The position numbers and the translations under genes were made by a program. Shown here in pieces: positions 16,591-26,772 of a stretch of DNA of 54,823 nt; positions within the stretch are counted from its first letter, which is position 1, and every line of letters begins with the position of its first letter. The notes under the pieces were generated by a model. The model saw nothing but the letters and a program-made list of their open reading frames with translations, had not been told where the DNA came from and ran no database searches. Source of the DNA: Patescibacteria group bacterium (GTDB taxonomy: Bacteria > Patescibacteriota > Minisyncoccia > Phycocordibacterales > UBA1006); the NCBI GenBank assembly GCA_028286885.1, contig JAQBQS010000005.1, forward strand, positions 1-54,823, written 5' to 3'.

Positions 16591-19500
16591 ATGTGCGCAA
16601 CCCACGACAATTTCGTACACCTCCATGTGCACTCGCACTATTCGCTTCTTGACGGCTTGTCCAAAGTCGAGGATTTGGTGGACAAGGCAAAGGAGCTCGG
16701 GATGACGTCGCTCGCGCTTACTGACCACGGCGCCATGTACGGCGCGATCGAATTTTACAAGGCGTGCAAGGATGCCGGCATCAAGCCGATTATTGGCGTG
16801 GAAACCTACATTGCAAATCGTACGCGTTTTGACCGCGAGCCTTCTATTGATAACAAGAGGTACCACCTGACGCTCTTGGCGCGAAACGCAACAGGTTACA
16901 AAAACTTGATGAAGGCGGTTTCAAAATCCTTCATGGAAGGCTTTTATTACAAGCCGCGCATGGACAAGGCGCTCCTCAAGGAGCACGGCGACGGAATCAT
17001 CTGCCTCTCCGGTTGCCCCGGTTCCGAGTTCATTTCACTTCTTCGCGAGCATCGCAATCGCGAAGCGCGCGAGCTTTTGGAATATTACGTCGAATGCTTC
17101 GGCAAGGAGCACGTGTTCGTCGAGGTCATGTGCCACACCGAAACGGATTTTTATAATGAGTGGTACAAGGCGCTGATTCCGGAGATGAAAAAAATCTCCG
17201 ATGAACTCGGACTGCCGATGGTTGCGACCTGGGACTCGCATTATTTGTGCGGCGACGACGCGGAGGCTCAGGACACGCTGCTCAAGATCAACACGGGCGG
17301 CGACGGCATGAAAATGACCGGAAACTATTCCTTCATCGACCAGAAAACGGCATGCGAAATGTTCGTCGGACTCGAGGAAGCGGTAGCAAATACGGCAAAA
17401 GTTGCCGACCTTGTGAACATCGAAATCGAACTGTCACCTTGGCGATTCCCCGAGTTTCCCATTCCTGAAGGAAAAACATATGACGAAGTGCTGCGCGACA
17501 ACGTGCTCGAAGGACTGCCCGGCAAGGGATTTACCTATGAAGGCGTGATCAAGGAACGCGTGGACTTTGAACTTGAAATCATCAAGAACAAGGGATTCTC
17601 GTCATACTTCTTGGTAGAGGCCGACCTCGTAAACGCGGCGACGCGCATGAAAATTTATACGAATACCCGAGGCTCCGCTGCCGGATCGCTTGTTTCGTTT
17701 GCAACGGGAATTACGAACGTGGATCCGATCAAATACAAGTTGCCGTTCGAGCGATTCTTGAATCCGCTCCGACCGGGAATTCCGGATATCGATTTGGATA
17801 TCGCCGACGACCGGCGCGACGACTTGATTTCGTATGCGCGTTCGCAGTACGGCGAGCGAGCCGTAGCGCAGATTGGAACGTTCGGAACCATGGCAGCCCG
17901 CGGTGCGGTGCGCGACGTAGCGCGAGCACTTGGTTATCCGTACGGGCTCGGCGACCGCGTTTCCAAAATGATTCCGATGGGATCCCAGGGGTTCCCGATG
18001 ACCATCGACCATGCGCTCAAGATCGAAAAAGATCTCGGCGAATTGTATGAGGCCGACGGACAGGTTCACGAGATTATCGACATGGCGAAAAAAATCGAGG
18101 GCAACGTCCGGCACATTTCCGTGCATGCGGCCGGCGTAATCATCGCGCCGACCGGCGACGTGACGGATTTCACGCCGATCCAGTACGACCCTAAGGGCGA
18201 AGGAAAAATCATCACCCAATATGACATGTACTCCGGCGGCCGCGACGGCGTGGTTAACTTGCCAAAATTCGACTTCTTGGGACTTCGCAACCTGAACTTC
18301 ATCGCTGAAACCGTAGACCGCGTAAAAAAAATCCGCGGCATCGATATCGACATGGAAAATCTGCCGCTCGACGACAAAAAAGTATTCGAGATGCTTTCGC
18401 GAGGAGAGACAATGGGAGTCTTTCAAATGGCCGGAGGCGGCATGACGAAATGGATCAAGGATCTGCAGCCGACAAAAATCGAGGACCTTATGGCCATGGT
18501 GGCCTTGTACCGCCCTGGGCCGATGGAAGTCATTCCCGAATATATCGCACGTTCGCGAAACCCAAAGTTGATAACTTTTCCCGATCCGCGACTTGTCGAC
18601 GATCTCGAAGCGTCGTACGGTCTTCTGGTTTATCAGGATGACGTACTCTTGACCTCGATCCGTTTGGCCGGATACACATGGCTCGATGCCGACAAATTCC
18701 GAAAAGCCATGGGTAAGAAAATTCCCGAGGAAATGGAGAAAGAGAAAGACAAGTTCTACAAAGGATGCAAAGAGTTCGGCGGACTTGGTACCGACAAAAT
18801 CGACGAACTATGGAAGAAGATCGAGCCGTTCGCAGCCTACGGATTCAACAAGGCGCATGCCGCATCCTACGGACAGCTCGCCTATCGAACCGCCTGGCTG
18901 AAAGCTAACTATCCCGCCGAATACATGTCGGCCTGCATGACCGCCGAGTCCGGCGACATCGAGACGGTGAGCGCGTACATCGTCGAAGCGAAGAAAATGG
19001 GATTTTCGGTGTTGGCGCCGGACATCAACGAATCGTTCAATGACTTTACCGTTGTGGTACGTGACGACGGAGAGGTCACAAAAAATATTCGCTTTGGTTT
19101 GAAAAATATCAAAAACTTCGGCGAGGAAATCGGCAAAGCCATCACCGAGGAGCGAAAGAACGGAAAATTTACCAGCATGGAAAACTTTCTGGAGCGCGTG
19201 ATCCATAAAAACGTGAACAAGAAGTCCATGGAGGCATTGATCATGACGGGCGCGTTCGACGCATTCGGCAATCGCGGGCAGTTCCTCGCAAATCTCGATA
19301 CCCTGCTTGATTTCAACAAGGAGCTCGCAAAGGGCGCGGGATCTCAAGGATCGCTCTTCGCGGGACTTGATGACGCGCCGCGCGCCATCTTGCGACTCAA
19401 AGACGTTTCCGACGTTCCCCAGAAGCAGAAGCTCTCGTGGGAGAAAGAGCTCCTCGGCTTGTATGTGACCGGCCATCCGCTCGAACAGTTCTCCGACCGG

Positions 19501-19803
19501 CTCTCGAACGTAAAGCTCAACATCCACACGATCAAGTCGATGGAGCACGCGCCGGGCGAAACCGCGATTGCGGGAATCGTCGAGGAGTGCAAGGAAATTT
19601 ACACCAAGGCGAAGAACGAGAAGATGGCGTTCCTTCGCGTTGCGGATCTGTCAGGATCGATTGAATGTGTTGTCTTCCCTAAAACATTTGAGGAAGTGAA
19701 AAAGTTCTGCGGAACGGATCAACTTGTCTTGATCAAAGGAAAGGTTTCGGAGAGAAACGAGGAGCGAAGTATTATTGTCGACAAGATCCAGGCGCTGGTT
19801 TAA
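16591..19803 (+). CDS. dnaE: DNA polymerase III alpha subunit
   Basis: PHP motifs HLHVHSHYSLLDG and LTDHG, RGSAAGS, PDIDLD, YGFNKAHA, C-terminal OB; start after TATAAT (16576-16581). Confidence 0.97.
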   Translation: MCATHDNFVHLHVHSHYSLLDGLSKVEDLVDKAKELGMTSLALTDHGAMYGAIEFYKACKDAGIKPIIGVETYIANRTRFDREPSIDNKRYHLTLLARNATGYKNLMKAVSKSFMEGFYYKPRMDKALLKEHGDGIICLSGCPGSEFISLLREHRNREARELLEYYVECFGKEHVFVEVMCHTETDFYNEWYKALIPEMKKISDELGLPMVATWDSHYLCGDDAEAQDTLLKINTGGDGMKMTGNYSFIDQKTACEMFVGLEEAVANTAKVADLVNIEIELSPWRFPEFPIPEGKTYDEVLRDNVLEGLPGKGFTYEGVIKERVDFELEIIKNKGFSSYFLVEADLVNAATRMKIYTNTRGSAAGSLVSFATGITNVDPIKYKLPFERFLNPLRPGIPDIDLDIADDRRDDLISYARSQYGERAVAQIGTFGTMAARGAVRDVARALGYPYGLGDRVSKMIPMGSQGFPMTIDHALKIEKDLGELYEADGQVHEIIDMAKKIEGNVRHISVHAAGVIIAPTGDVTDFTPIQYDPKGEGKIITQYDMYSGGRDGVVNLPKFDFLGLRNLNFIAETVDRVKKIRGIDIDMENLPLDDKKVFEMLSRGETMGVFQMAGGGMTKWIKDLQPTKIEDLMAMVALYRPGPMEVIPEYIARSRNPKLITFPDPRLVDDLEASYGLLVYQDDVLLTSIRLAGYTWLDADKFRKAMGKKIPEEMEKEKDKFYKGCKEFGGLGTDKIDELWKKIEPFAAYGFNKAHAASYGQLAYRTAWLKANYPAEYMSACMTAESGDIETVSAYIVEAKKMGFSVLAPDINESFNDFTVVVRDDGEVTKNIRFGLKNIKNFGEEIGKAITEERKNGKFTSMENFLERVIHKNVNKKSMEALIMTGAFDAFGNRGQFLANLDTLLDFNKELAKGAGSQGSLFAGLDDAPRAILRLKDVSDVPQKQKLSWEKELLGLYVTGHPLEQFSDRLSNVKLNIHTIKSMEHAPGETAIAGIVEECKEIYTKAKNEKMAFLRVADLSGSIECVVFPKTFEEVKKFCGTDQLVLIKGKVSERNEERSIIVDKIQALV

Positions 19804-19852
19804 AAAATCGCCATGAAAAAAATCCCAAGATGTATTCTTGGGATTTTGTGTC

Positions 19853-20245
19853 TTACGGATTTCCAGGCATGCGGTTTCTCTTATAGAACTCACGCATATA
19901 CCTTAGGTCGACATTGAAATTGCGCGAAGGACTTCCCTCGAAGCAACTTAACCGAGTAAAATGATCAGGGGATGTGGCGTTTTCAAAGTCTCTCATAAAG
20001 CCCTTGCGCCTCTCCGTCCATGTCGGCTTTTTTGGAGACACTCTTTCCCTTCTACGTATCTCTCGACTATGGTCGTTACCGGAGATCAGAACTGCTATGC
20101 GAAATTCAGGTGAAGCTTTAAGTTCCAGGATAAATAGCCTCCTTGATTCTATGCTCGTCAATTTTTTGAATGCTTCCCATGAGTTTTTCAAAAATTCCCG
20201 TGCATCGTCTATTTCTTTAAAAATAAATGGTACTTTCTTTGGCAT
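19853..20245 (-). CDS. Hypothetical basic protein
   Basis: 130-aa ORF ending at the shared terminator 19816-19847. Confidence 0.55.
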   Translation of the reverse strand: MPKKVPFIFKEIDDAREFLKNSWEAFKKLTSIESRRLFILELKASPEFRIAVLISGNDHSREIRRRERVSPKKPTWTERRKGFMRDFENATSPDHFTRLSCFEGSPSRNFNVDLRYMREFYKRNRMPGNP

Positions 20246-20339
20246 GCTGTTTTATTTAGTTTTAATTACAATAGCATGAAATAGTGAATGAGTCAAAGGA
20301 CTCCCCAATTCCCTCCCGAAATGCTATAGTTCCCAAACT

Positions 20340-22109
20340 ATGGAACAAGAAAAACTCTCGCACATGCGCCACACGCTCGCCCACATCTTGGCGCAGGCGG
20401 TCTTGGAAAAATATCCGAACGCGCGCCTCACGCTCGGTCCTGCCGTTGATAACGGTTTCTACTACGATATTGATTTCGGCTCGGACAAAATTTCCGACGA
20501 GGATATCAAAACGTTCCAAACATCGATGCGAAAAAACTTGAAGAAGTGGACCGCGTTTACGCACCGAGAGGTTTCAAAAGAAGAAGCTCTGAAGGAGTTC
20601 GCGGGAAACCCCTATAAAGAAGAGTTGATTAACGAGATCTCGGATCGCGGCGAGAAGATCACGCTCTATACATGCGGAGAATTTACTGATCTGTGCCGAG
20701 GCGGACATCTTGAAAATCCAGCAGAGGAAATTTCATCTGACGCATTCAAACTCGACCGACAGGCCGGAGCCTATTGGCGAGGAGACGAGAAAAACAAGAT
20801 GCTCACCCGTATCTACGGACTCGCATTTGAAACGAAAGAAAAATTGGACGAGTACATCCATATGCGCGAAGAAGCCGAGAAGCGCGACCACCGAAAGCTC
20901 GGAAAGGAGCTCGACCTCTTCATGTTCTCCGACGTCGTCGGAAAAGGGCTTCCTTTGTGGACGGAAAAAGGCGCAACGATCCGCCGCGAACTTGAACGGT
21001 TCATCGTTGACGAAGAGCTCAGGAGAAACTACAAGCACGTCTATACGCCGGATATCGCCAAGCTCGACTTGTACCGAAAATCCGGACATTATCCGTACTA
21101 CAAGGAATCGATGTACGCGCCGATCGTGATCGATGACGAGGAATTCATGCTCCGTCCGATGACGTGCCCTCATCATTTCGAGCTCTATCTCTCAAAGCCG
21201 CGAAGCTACCGGGAACTCCCGATGCGCATCGGAGAACTTGCGAAGCTCTACAGGTACGAACAGTCAGGCGAACTCTCTGGCTTGCTCCGCGTGCGCGGGT
21301 TCTGCCTTGCTGACGCGCATATCATCTGTAAGGATGCGGCTCAGGCAGGATCAGAAGTGAACGGTGCGCTCGACTTGATCGAGTACGTCTGCAACGTCTT
21401 TGGCCTCGTTCCCGGCAAAGATTTCTGGTATCGCCTCTCGCTTGGCGATCGTGCAAATACTGAAAAGTATTACGATGATCCACAAGCTTGGGACACTGCC
21501 GAGAACGAACTCCGAAAGGTCCTCCAAGGCCGCGGCGTTCATTTTGTCGAAGCCGAGCAAGAAGCCGCATTCTACGGGCCGAAGATCGACATCCAGATGC
21601 GCGATGTCCGCGGCAAGGACAACACGGCGTTCACGGTTCAATACGACTTCGTCATGCCGAAACGATTCAAGCTCAACTACACGGATTCCGACGGATTGGA
21701 GAAAGAAGCAATCGTCGTTCATCGCTCGTCAATCGGAGCCATCGAACGCGTCGTTGCATTCTTGATCGAGCATTGGGGCGGCAACATGCCGACCTGGCTC
21801 TCGCCGACACAGGTTGCCATCGCGCCGGTCAATATGGAAAAGCACGGAGCGTATGCCGAGGAGCTTGCAACAAAGCTGAAAGCCGAGAATATCCGCACCG
21901 ATTACATGGATGACGACGATTCGATGGGCAAGAAAGTCCGCCGCGCCAAGAGCGAACGAATCCCCTACACGATCATCATCGGCGACAAGGATATCGAAGC
22001 CGGAACGATCACGGTTCAGCACAGGTCGCAGGAACAAGGAGAACAAACGACGCTCGACGAATTCATTGCAAAAATTTCAAAGGAAATCAAAGAGCGAACG
22101 CTTGGATAA
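20340..22109 (+). CDS. thrS: Threonyl-tRNA synthetase
   Basis: RHTLAHILA, DLCRGGH, RDHRKLG, LRPMTCPHH, LRVRGF, AFYGPKID, anticodon-binding domain. Confidence 0.97.
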   Translation: MEQEKLSHMRHTLAHILAQAVLEKYPNARLTLGPAVDNGFYYDIDFGSDKISDEDIKTFQTSMRKNLKKWTAFTHREVSKEEALKEFAGNPYKEELINEISDRGEKITLYTCGEFTDLCRGGHLENPAEEISSDAFKLDRQAGAYWRGDEKNKMLTRIYGLAFETKEKLDEYIHMREEAEKRDHRKLGKELDLFMFSDVVGKGLPLWTEKGATIRRELERFIVDEELRRNYKHVYTPDIAKLDLYRKSGHYPYYKESMYAPIVIDDEEFMLRPMTCPHHFELYLSKPRSYRELPMRIGELAKLYRYEQSGELSGLLRVRGFCLADAHIICKDAAQAGSEVNGALDLIEYVCNVFGLVPGKDFWYRLSLGDRANTEKYYDDPQAWDTAENELRKVLQGRGVHFVEAEQEAAFYGPKIDIQMRDVRGKDNTAFTVQYDFVMPKRFKLNYTDSDGLEKEAIVVHRSSIGAIERVVAFLIEHWGGNMPTWLSPTQVAIAPVNMEKHGAYAEELATKLKAENIRTDYMDDDDSMGKKVRRAKSERIPYTIIIGDKDIEAGTITVQHRSQEQGEQTTLDEFIAKISKEIKERTLG

Positions 22110-22157
22110 TAAATTCCGCCACTGGCGGTTTTTTATTTCGTGATATACTTGCTAAGT

Positions 22158-22352
22158 ATGAAAAATAACAACCTGTACAACCTGATGACGCAGCTGACCC
22201 AAGAATCGCGGAGCCTTTGGCGGATCAAGAACGAGTACAAGAAAGACGCCGTGAAGAACAAGGAGCTCGCAGCGTTTTGGAAGGAGCTTGCTGACGAGAA
22301 GGAGGCGCTGATCGAGGATTTGAAGATGGTGATCAAGATCGAAATGGAATAA
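22158..22352 (+). CDS. Small helical protein (ferritin-like helix pair?)
   Basis: 64-aa amphipathic helices; TATACT 8 nt upstream. Confidence 0.65.
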   Translation: MKNNNLYNLMTQLTQESRSLWRIKNEYKKDAVKNKELAAFWKELADEKEALIEDLKMVIKIEME

Positions 22353-22388
22353 ATAAAAAAAATCCCGTTTTCGAACGGGATTTTTGCT

Positions 22389-22637
22389 TCAAGACTCGCC
22401 CCATTTCCCGAAATACGATTTGTACGAAGTCTTCGGATCTCTTCTCAAATCGTAATCATTCAGGCCGGGGAGACGCCTTGCTTGAGACAGGGCTTTTAGC
22501 ATCCTCCCTGCTTCTCCTTCGCGAAATGCCTTAACGCCATCGAGGCTGGATATCTCCAAATCCGAGAAAAATTCCGCGATTTCAGGATCAACCTCGGTCG
22601 AACCTCTTTCTTCTTGATAGTAATCTTGGTTAGTCAT
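22389..22637 (-). CDS. Hypothetical protein
   Basis: 82-aa ORF bracketed by two AATAAAAAAATCCC..GGGATTTT hairpins. Confidence 0.55.
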   Translation of the reverse strand: MTNQDYYQEERGSTEVDPEIAEFFSDLEISSLDGVKAFREGEAGRMLKALSQARRLPGLNDYDLRRDPKTSYKSYFGKWGES

Positions 22638-22691
22638 ATGCTGTTGTTTGTATTAGGAATACCATGAATAAAAAAATCCCACAAGGGGATT

Positions 22692-23195
22692 TTAGTCCAG
22701 ATAAATGATTTCAATTCCGAGCTCCTTGGCGCGATCATGCTCCCAAGATGCACCAGTTGACGATTCCCATCCCGGCACGAAGAAGAATTTCTTGATTTTA
22801 CCCGACTTAAAAAGTGGTAAGTAGAATTCCTCAAGAATCGGCATAGGATAGCCTTCCTTGATGTGCGCCACAAACTCATTCATTTTGGTATCAAATGGCG
22901 CCTGATCGAAAATGATATGACCTTCCGAAACAAGACTTGTGATCGCTTCATCAAGCCTTATAAGATTCGCCTCGCGCGAACCCAGCCCGCCGGTAGAAAT
23001 CGGTCCCGAGACCATAGCGACTTCGCCAGAAATAGCATCAATGACCTCGTGGGCAAGGATTACCATTTCTTCGAATGATTTCAGATCAGGTAGCTTATGG
23101 TGATGATTAGCCCAATAATGCTGCATAAGAATTAAATTTTGATTTACACGAGGATACCACAAACCAAAAAACCCGCAAGGGGTTTTATGGGACAA
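22692..23195 (-). CDS. DUF4406-like / nucleoside 2-deoxyribosyltransferase-fold protein
   Basis: VSGPIS start motif and GWESSTGASWEHDRAKELG C-terminal motif; true start may be downstream. Confidence 0.6.
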   Translation of the reverse strand: MSHKTPCGFFGLWYPRVNQNLILMQHYWANHHHKLPDLKSFEEMVILAHEVIDAISGEVAMVSGPISTGGLGSREANLIRLDEAITSLVSEGHIIFDQAPFDTKMNEFVAHIKEGYPMPILEEFYLPLFKSGKIKKFFFVPGWESSTGASWEHDRAKELGIEIIYLD

Positions 23196-23736
23196 TATCG
23201 CTATCCTCTTGCATCTGTTTTATAAGCATTCTTTTTTGGTGATTTATTTCTTGAAGCTCAACAAAAAGCTTAAGTCTTTTTTGGAGCGAAACGGCATATC
23301 CGCCGAAAATATCAACAACTTCGTTGAGATGATCCATCATTCCACTCTCCGCGAGCGCTTCATCTTCTCGATTGAAAATCTGACTCTTAAGGTCCTTGAA
23401 GAATTCAGTGTTGTCTACGATCTGCTCGAGCATATGTTCTCCTTTGTTGAATTTATCGATTCCTGCAGCAAGAACCTCCACAGGAGTAGCTGCTTCATCC
23501 TCAAGACCTTCGTATCCTTCGTCCAAAAGAGCCTCCGTTTCTGCTTTGAACAAAGTATCTTTCTTAGTAATCATTTCTTCACAAAGAGGAATTATTTCCT
23601 CGAGCATAGCATTAACAAAGGCAGCCTTGCTTGTGACTTGCTGTAGAACCGAAACTCCTTTGTCGAACTTTTCGCTGTAAAATTTCCAATCTTCAGGAAT
23701 TTTTTCCAACGATCTTGTTTCAAATTTATTAGTCAT
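23185..23736 (-). CDS. Hypothetical acidic helical protein
   Basis: 183-aa ORF directly downstream of gyrB. Confidence 0.6.
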   Translation of the reverse strand: MTNKFETRSLEKIPEDWKFYSEKFDKGVSVLQQVTSKAAFVNAMLEEIIPLCEEMITKKDTLFKAETEALLDEGYEGLEDEAATPVEVLAAGIDKFNKGEHMLEQIVDNTEFFKDLKSQIFNREDEALAESGMMDHLNEVVDIFGGYAVSLQKRLKLFVELQEINHQKRMLIKQMQEDSDIVP

Positions 23737-23742
23737 AATTAT

Positions 23743-25806
23743 TTAGATATCCAATTCAACCATCTTCGCATTGTTCTGAATGAACGACTTGCGCAGAGAT
23801 ACGTCAGTACCCATGAGCATGTCAAACGTCTTGTCCGCGTCGAGCGCGTCGTCGATCGTCACCTGCTTCAAGATGCGCCGCGCTGGATCCATGGTCGTTT
23901 CCCACAATTCCTCGGCATTCATCTCTCCAAGTCCCTTGTATCGCTGCGTGAACACCTTGCCGACCTTTTTCGACTTGGCTTTAGTATCTGTTTCTTCAGC
24001 CTCTTCATCACCCTCCTCTGTGGAATCATCCGCCGTCGCCATGACGCCTCCCATCTGCTTGATGATCTGGTCGCGCTCCGTGTCCGAGAACGCGTAACCG
24101 ACTTCCTTTCCTTTTTTCAACTTGTACAAAGGCGGCTGCGCGATATACAAATATCCCGCATCGATCACCTGGCGCAAGTAGCGATAAAACAATGTCAGAA
24201 GAAGTGTCCGAATGTGCGCACCGTCGACGTCGGCATCGGTTGCGATGACGATCTTGTGATAGCGGATTTTCGACAAGTCGAACGTCTCGCCGATCGATGT
24301 ACCGAGAGCGATGACAATCGATTTGATTTCCTCGTTGCCGATCATCTTGTCGAGGCGTGCGCGTTCCGTATTCAACGGCTTACCTTTGAGTGGCAAGATG
24401 GCCTGTGTCTTCTTGTCGCGTCCCTGTTTCGCCGTTCCTCCAGCCGAGTCTCCCTCTACGATGAAGATTTCTGAATCCTCCGAATTCTTGGACTGGCAGT
24501 CTGACAATTTCCCGGGCAATGTAAATCCTTCCAGGGCTCCCTTGCGCAGGATGGAATCTTTTGCGGCTTTCGCTGCCTTTCGCGCGCGCAAAGCAAGCAC
24601 GGCCTTCTGGATGATGGCTTTCGCCTCGTCCGGATTTTCCTCGAGGAACATGCCAAACGCCTCGCCGAAAATTTGCTCTACGGCTCCGCGGGCTTCAGGA
24701 GAACCGAGCTTGGCTTTCGTCTGACCCTCAAACTGAATCTCGGGCATCTTGACGGTAACCACTGCCGTCAAACCTTCGAGCACGTCGGATCCGTCGAACG
24801 TTTCGCCGTCCTTGAGAATTTTCTTCTCCTTGTTGTAGTTGTTGATGAGTCGCGTGAGCGCCGTCTTGAATCCCGTCAAATGCATTCCTCCTTCCATCGT
24901 GTAAATGTGGTTGGCAAACGGCACGATGCGAGAAGACATGTCATCCACATACTGCAACGCGACCTCGACGTTGATGTCGCCCAAGTCCTTGTCGACGTAG
25001 AAAATCTTGTCCTGCACTTTCTTGTACTGCAGGTTCATCGAACGAACCATGGATACTAGTCCTCCCTCGAAATAAAATGTTTCAGACGGAACCTCGTACC
25101 CGAGATCGTACATGTACATCTCGTTGTCCAAATTTATTTTCCCGGCATAATCGCGCGCGTCAATGACAACGACTTTGAGTTTCTTCGCCAAGTAGGCCTG
25201 CTCACGAAGTCGGCTCACAACTCGCTCAAAATTAAACTTGATGTCCTTGAAAATTTCAAGATCGGGCTCAAACGTAATGACAGTTCCGCGGGCTTTGGTC
25301 TTGCCGACGGCTTTGACTTTGAATTTTGGTTTTCCTTGAGAATATTCCTGCGTCCAAACCTGGCCGTCCTGATGGACTTCCGCTTTCATAAAAATAGAAA
25401 GAGCGTTTACTACCGATGACCCTACTCCGTGAAGTCCGCCCGAAACTTTGTATCCAGAATCATCGCCTCCGAATTTTCCTCCGGCGTGGAGCACGGTCAA
25501 AATCGTCTCGAGTGCCGAGACTTTTGTTTTCGAATGGATGCCGACCGGGATTCCTCGCCCGTTGTCGACGACACGAATTTTATTCCCAGGCAAAAGTGCG
25601 ACCTCAATATGGTTGGCATGTCCGCCCATCGCCTCGTCGCGTGAGTTGTCGAAGATTTCCCAAATCAGGTGATGAAGCCCATCCGTTCCGGTCGAACCGA
25701 TGTACATACCCGGTCGTTTTCGGACCGGATCGAGGCCCTCGAGGACCTGAATCGAATCAGCTCCATAGGACTCCTTTTTCGCCTTTTTTTCTAGTTCTTT
25801 GGCCAT
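23743..25806 (-). CDS. gyrB: DNA gyrase subunit B
   Basis: EGLDPVRKRPGMYIG, GGLHGVG, VEGDSAGG, PLKGK, DADVDGAH, YKGLGEM. Confidence 0.97.
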   Translation of the reverse strand: MAKELEKKAKKESYGADSIQVLEGLDPVRKRPGMYIGSTGTDGLHHLIWEIFDNSRDEAMGGHANHIEVALLPGNKIRVVDNGRGIPVGIHSKTKVSALETILTVLHAGGKFGGDDSGYKVSGGLHGVGSSVVNALSIFMKAEVHQDGQVWTQEYSQGKPKFKVKAVGKTKARGTVITFEPDLEIFKDIKFNFERVVSRLREQAYLAKKLKVVVIDARDYAGKINLDNEMYMYDLGYEVPSETFYFEGGLVSMVRSMNLQYKKVQDKIFYVDKDLGDINVEVALQYVDDMSSRIVPFANHIYTMEGGMHLTGFKTALTRLINNYNKEKKILKDGETFDGSDVLEGLTAVVTVKMPEIQFEGQTKAKLGSPEARGAVEQIFGEAFGMFLEENPDEAKAIIQKAVLALRARKAAKAAKDSILRKGALEGFTLPGKLSDCQSKNSEDSEIFIVEGDSAGGTAKQGRDKKTQAILPLKGKPLNTERARLDKMIGNEEIKSIVIALGTSIGETFDLSKIRYHKIVIATDADVDGAHIRTLLLTLFYRYLRQVIDAGYLYIAQPPLYKLKKGKEVGYAFSDTERDQIIKQMGGVMATADDSTEEGDEEAEETDTKAKSKKVGKVFTQRYKGLGEMNAEELWETTMDPARRILKQVTIDDALDADKTFDMLMGTDVSLRKSFIQNNAKMVELDI

Positions 25807-25909
25807 GATTTAGGGGATTAATTAAGTCCTACTATTATATCATAAGGATATTTTGAGTGTACTTGACATAAAATAAATGAATTGCTAATGTAAAAAAGAT
25901 AGTCGACTT

Positions 25910-26311
25910 TTGTTCATCTTAAATCAATACACCATGTTAAGCCTAATGGGTCTTTCACTTAATTTTACCAACGGAAACCAAGACAAGGAAACGGAACGTC
26001 TGGGAATTTTCGGACTTTTGGTCCTAGCCGCAGGATTTCTGGCAGCAGGAATCTTCACCGAACTTTTTCCAAGAGACACTTCTCGCATCGGTCTCTATTG
26101 CGTGATAATCATGCTGACAGCAGGGTGTGTCTCAATGTTATTCTCGGGACGACTTATGAAGTCTACAGGCATCTATCCTGAAGATTCGATACGTTTCAAG
26201 TATGCCGCTCGGAATATAGATTCCGTGAGGACGATTACTTGGATATGTTTCTTGACGATCATCATCTGTTTCCTGATCGCATATGTTGCAAAGATGACCG
26301 GTCTCGCATAA
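25910..26311 (+). CDS. Hypothetical membrane protein (3 TM)
   Basis: Hydrophobic segments; upstream TTGACA promoter. Confidence 0.65.
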   Translation: MFILNQYTMLSLMGLSLNFTNGNQDKETERLGIFGLLVLAAGFLAAGIFTELFPRDTSRIGLYCVIIMLTAGCVSMLFSGRLMKSTGIYPEDSIRFKYAARNIDSVRTITWICFLTIIICFLIAYVAKMTGLA

Positions 26312-26322
26312 CTCTTAGACTC

Positions 26323-26768
26323 AATCAAAATGCCAAGTTTGAACTTGGCATTTTTTATTCCAATCATGGCTTGACAAAATGATTTTATAAGATACTATAA
26401 AATAAAACATTTTAATGAAACACGTTACGAACTGGATCATGGAAAACAAAGAAGAGAATATCGCTCTTCTCCGAATCGACAAGGAAACCGCCGATGCGAT
26501 TCAGTCAACAACCTGTGTCGTAAGATTTTATCGAGAAAGGATCAAGAACTGCCACTCTGGCGCATTCGAACGTTGGAGAGAATTCTTTGACTTGGACATT
26601 CACGACGACGCGATTGAAATCCTGATTGATTCTGGAACGGAACTTCCTGAAGAATGGCACAGGGACTTACAGTGGGGACACCGTTTTATTCGAGACGTCA
26701 AAAAGGTTATTCTCGGAGAAAAATTTTTCTGAAATCAAAATGCCAAGTATCCCTTGGCATTTTTTATT
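26323..26768. repeat. Direct repeat of a terminator hairpin AATCAAAATGCCAAGT-loop-CTTGGCATTTTTTATT (26323-26359, 26733-26768)
   Basis: 16+16 nt identical with loops TTGAA and ATCC; flanks one gene. Confidence 0.9.
26415..26732 (+). CDS. Hypothetical protein
   Basis: 105-aa ORF with its own TTGACA-17-TACTAT promoter. Confidence 0.65.
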   Translation: MKHVTNWIMENKEENIALLRIDKETADAIQSTTCVVRFYRERIKNCHSGAFERWREFFDLDIHDDAIEILIDSGTELPEEWHRDLQWGHRFIRDVKKVILGEKFF

Positions 26769-26772
26769 TCAA

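Noticed and set aside
20246-20339. T-box leader for thrS
   Set aside because: The -10 box lies 9 nt before the ATG, and there is no T-box sequence or space for one
23960-24060. Intein or mobile insertion in GyrB (acidic stretch)
   Set aside because: Short low-complexity loop without intein splice motifs
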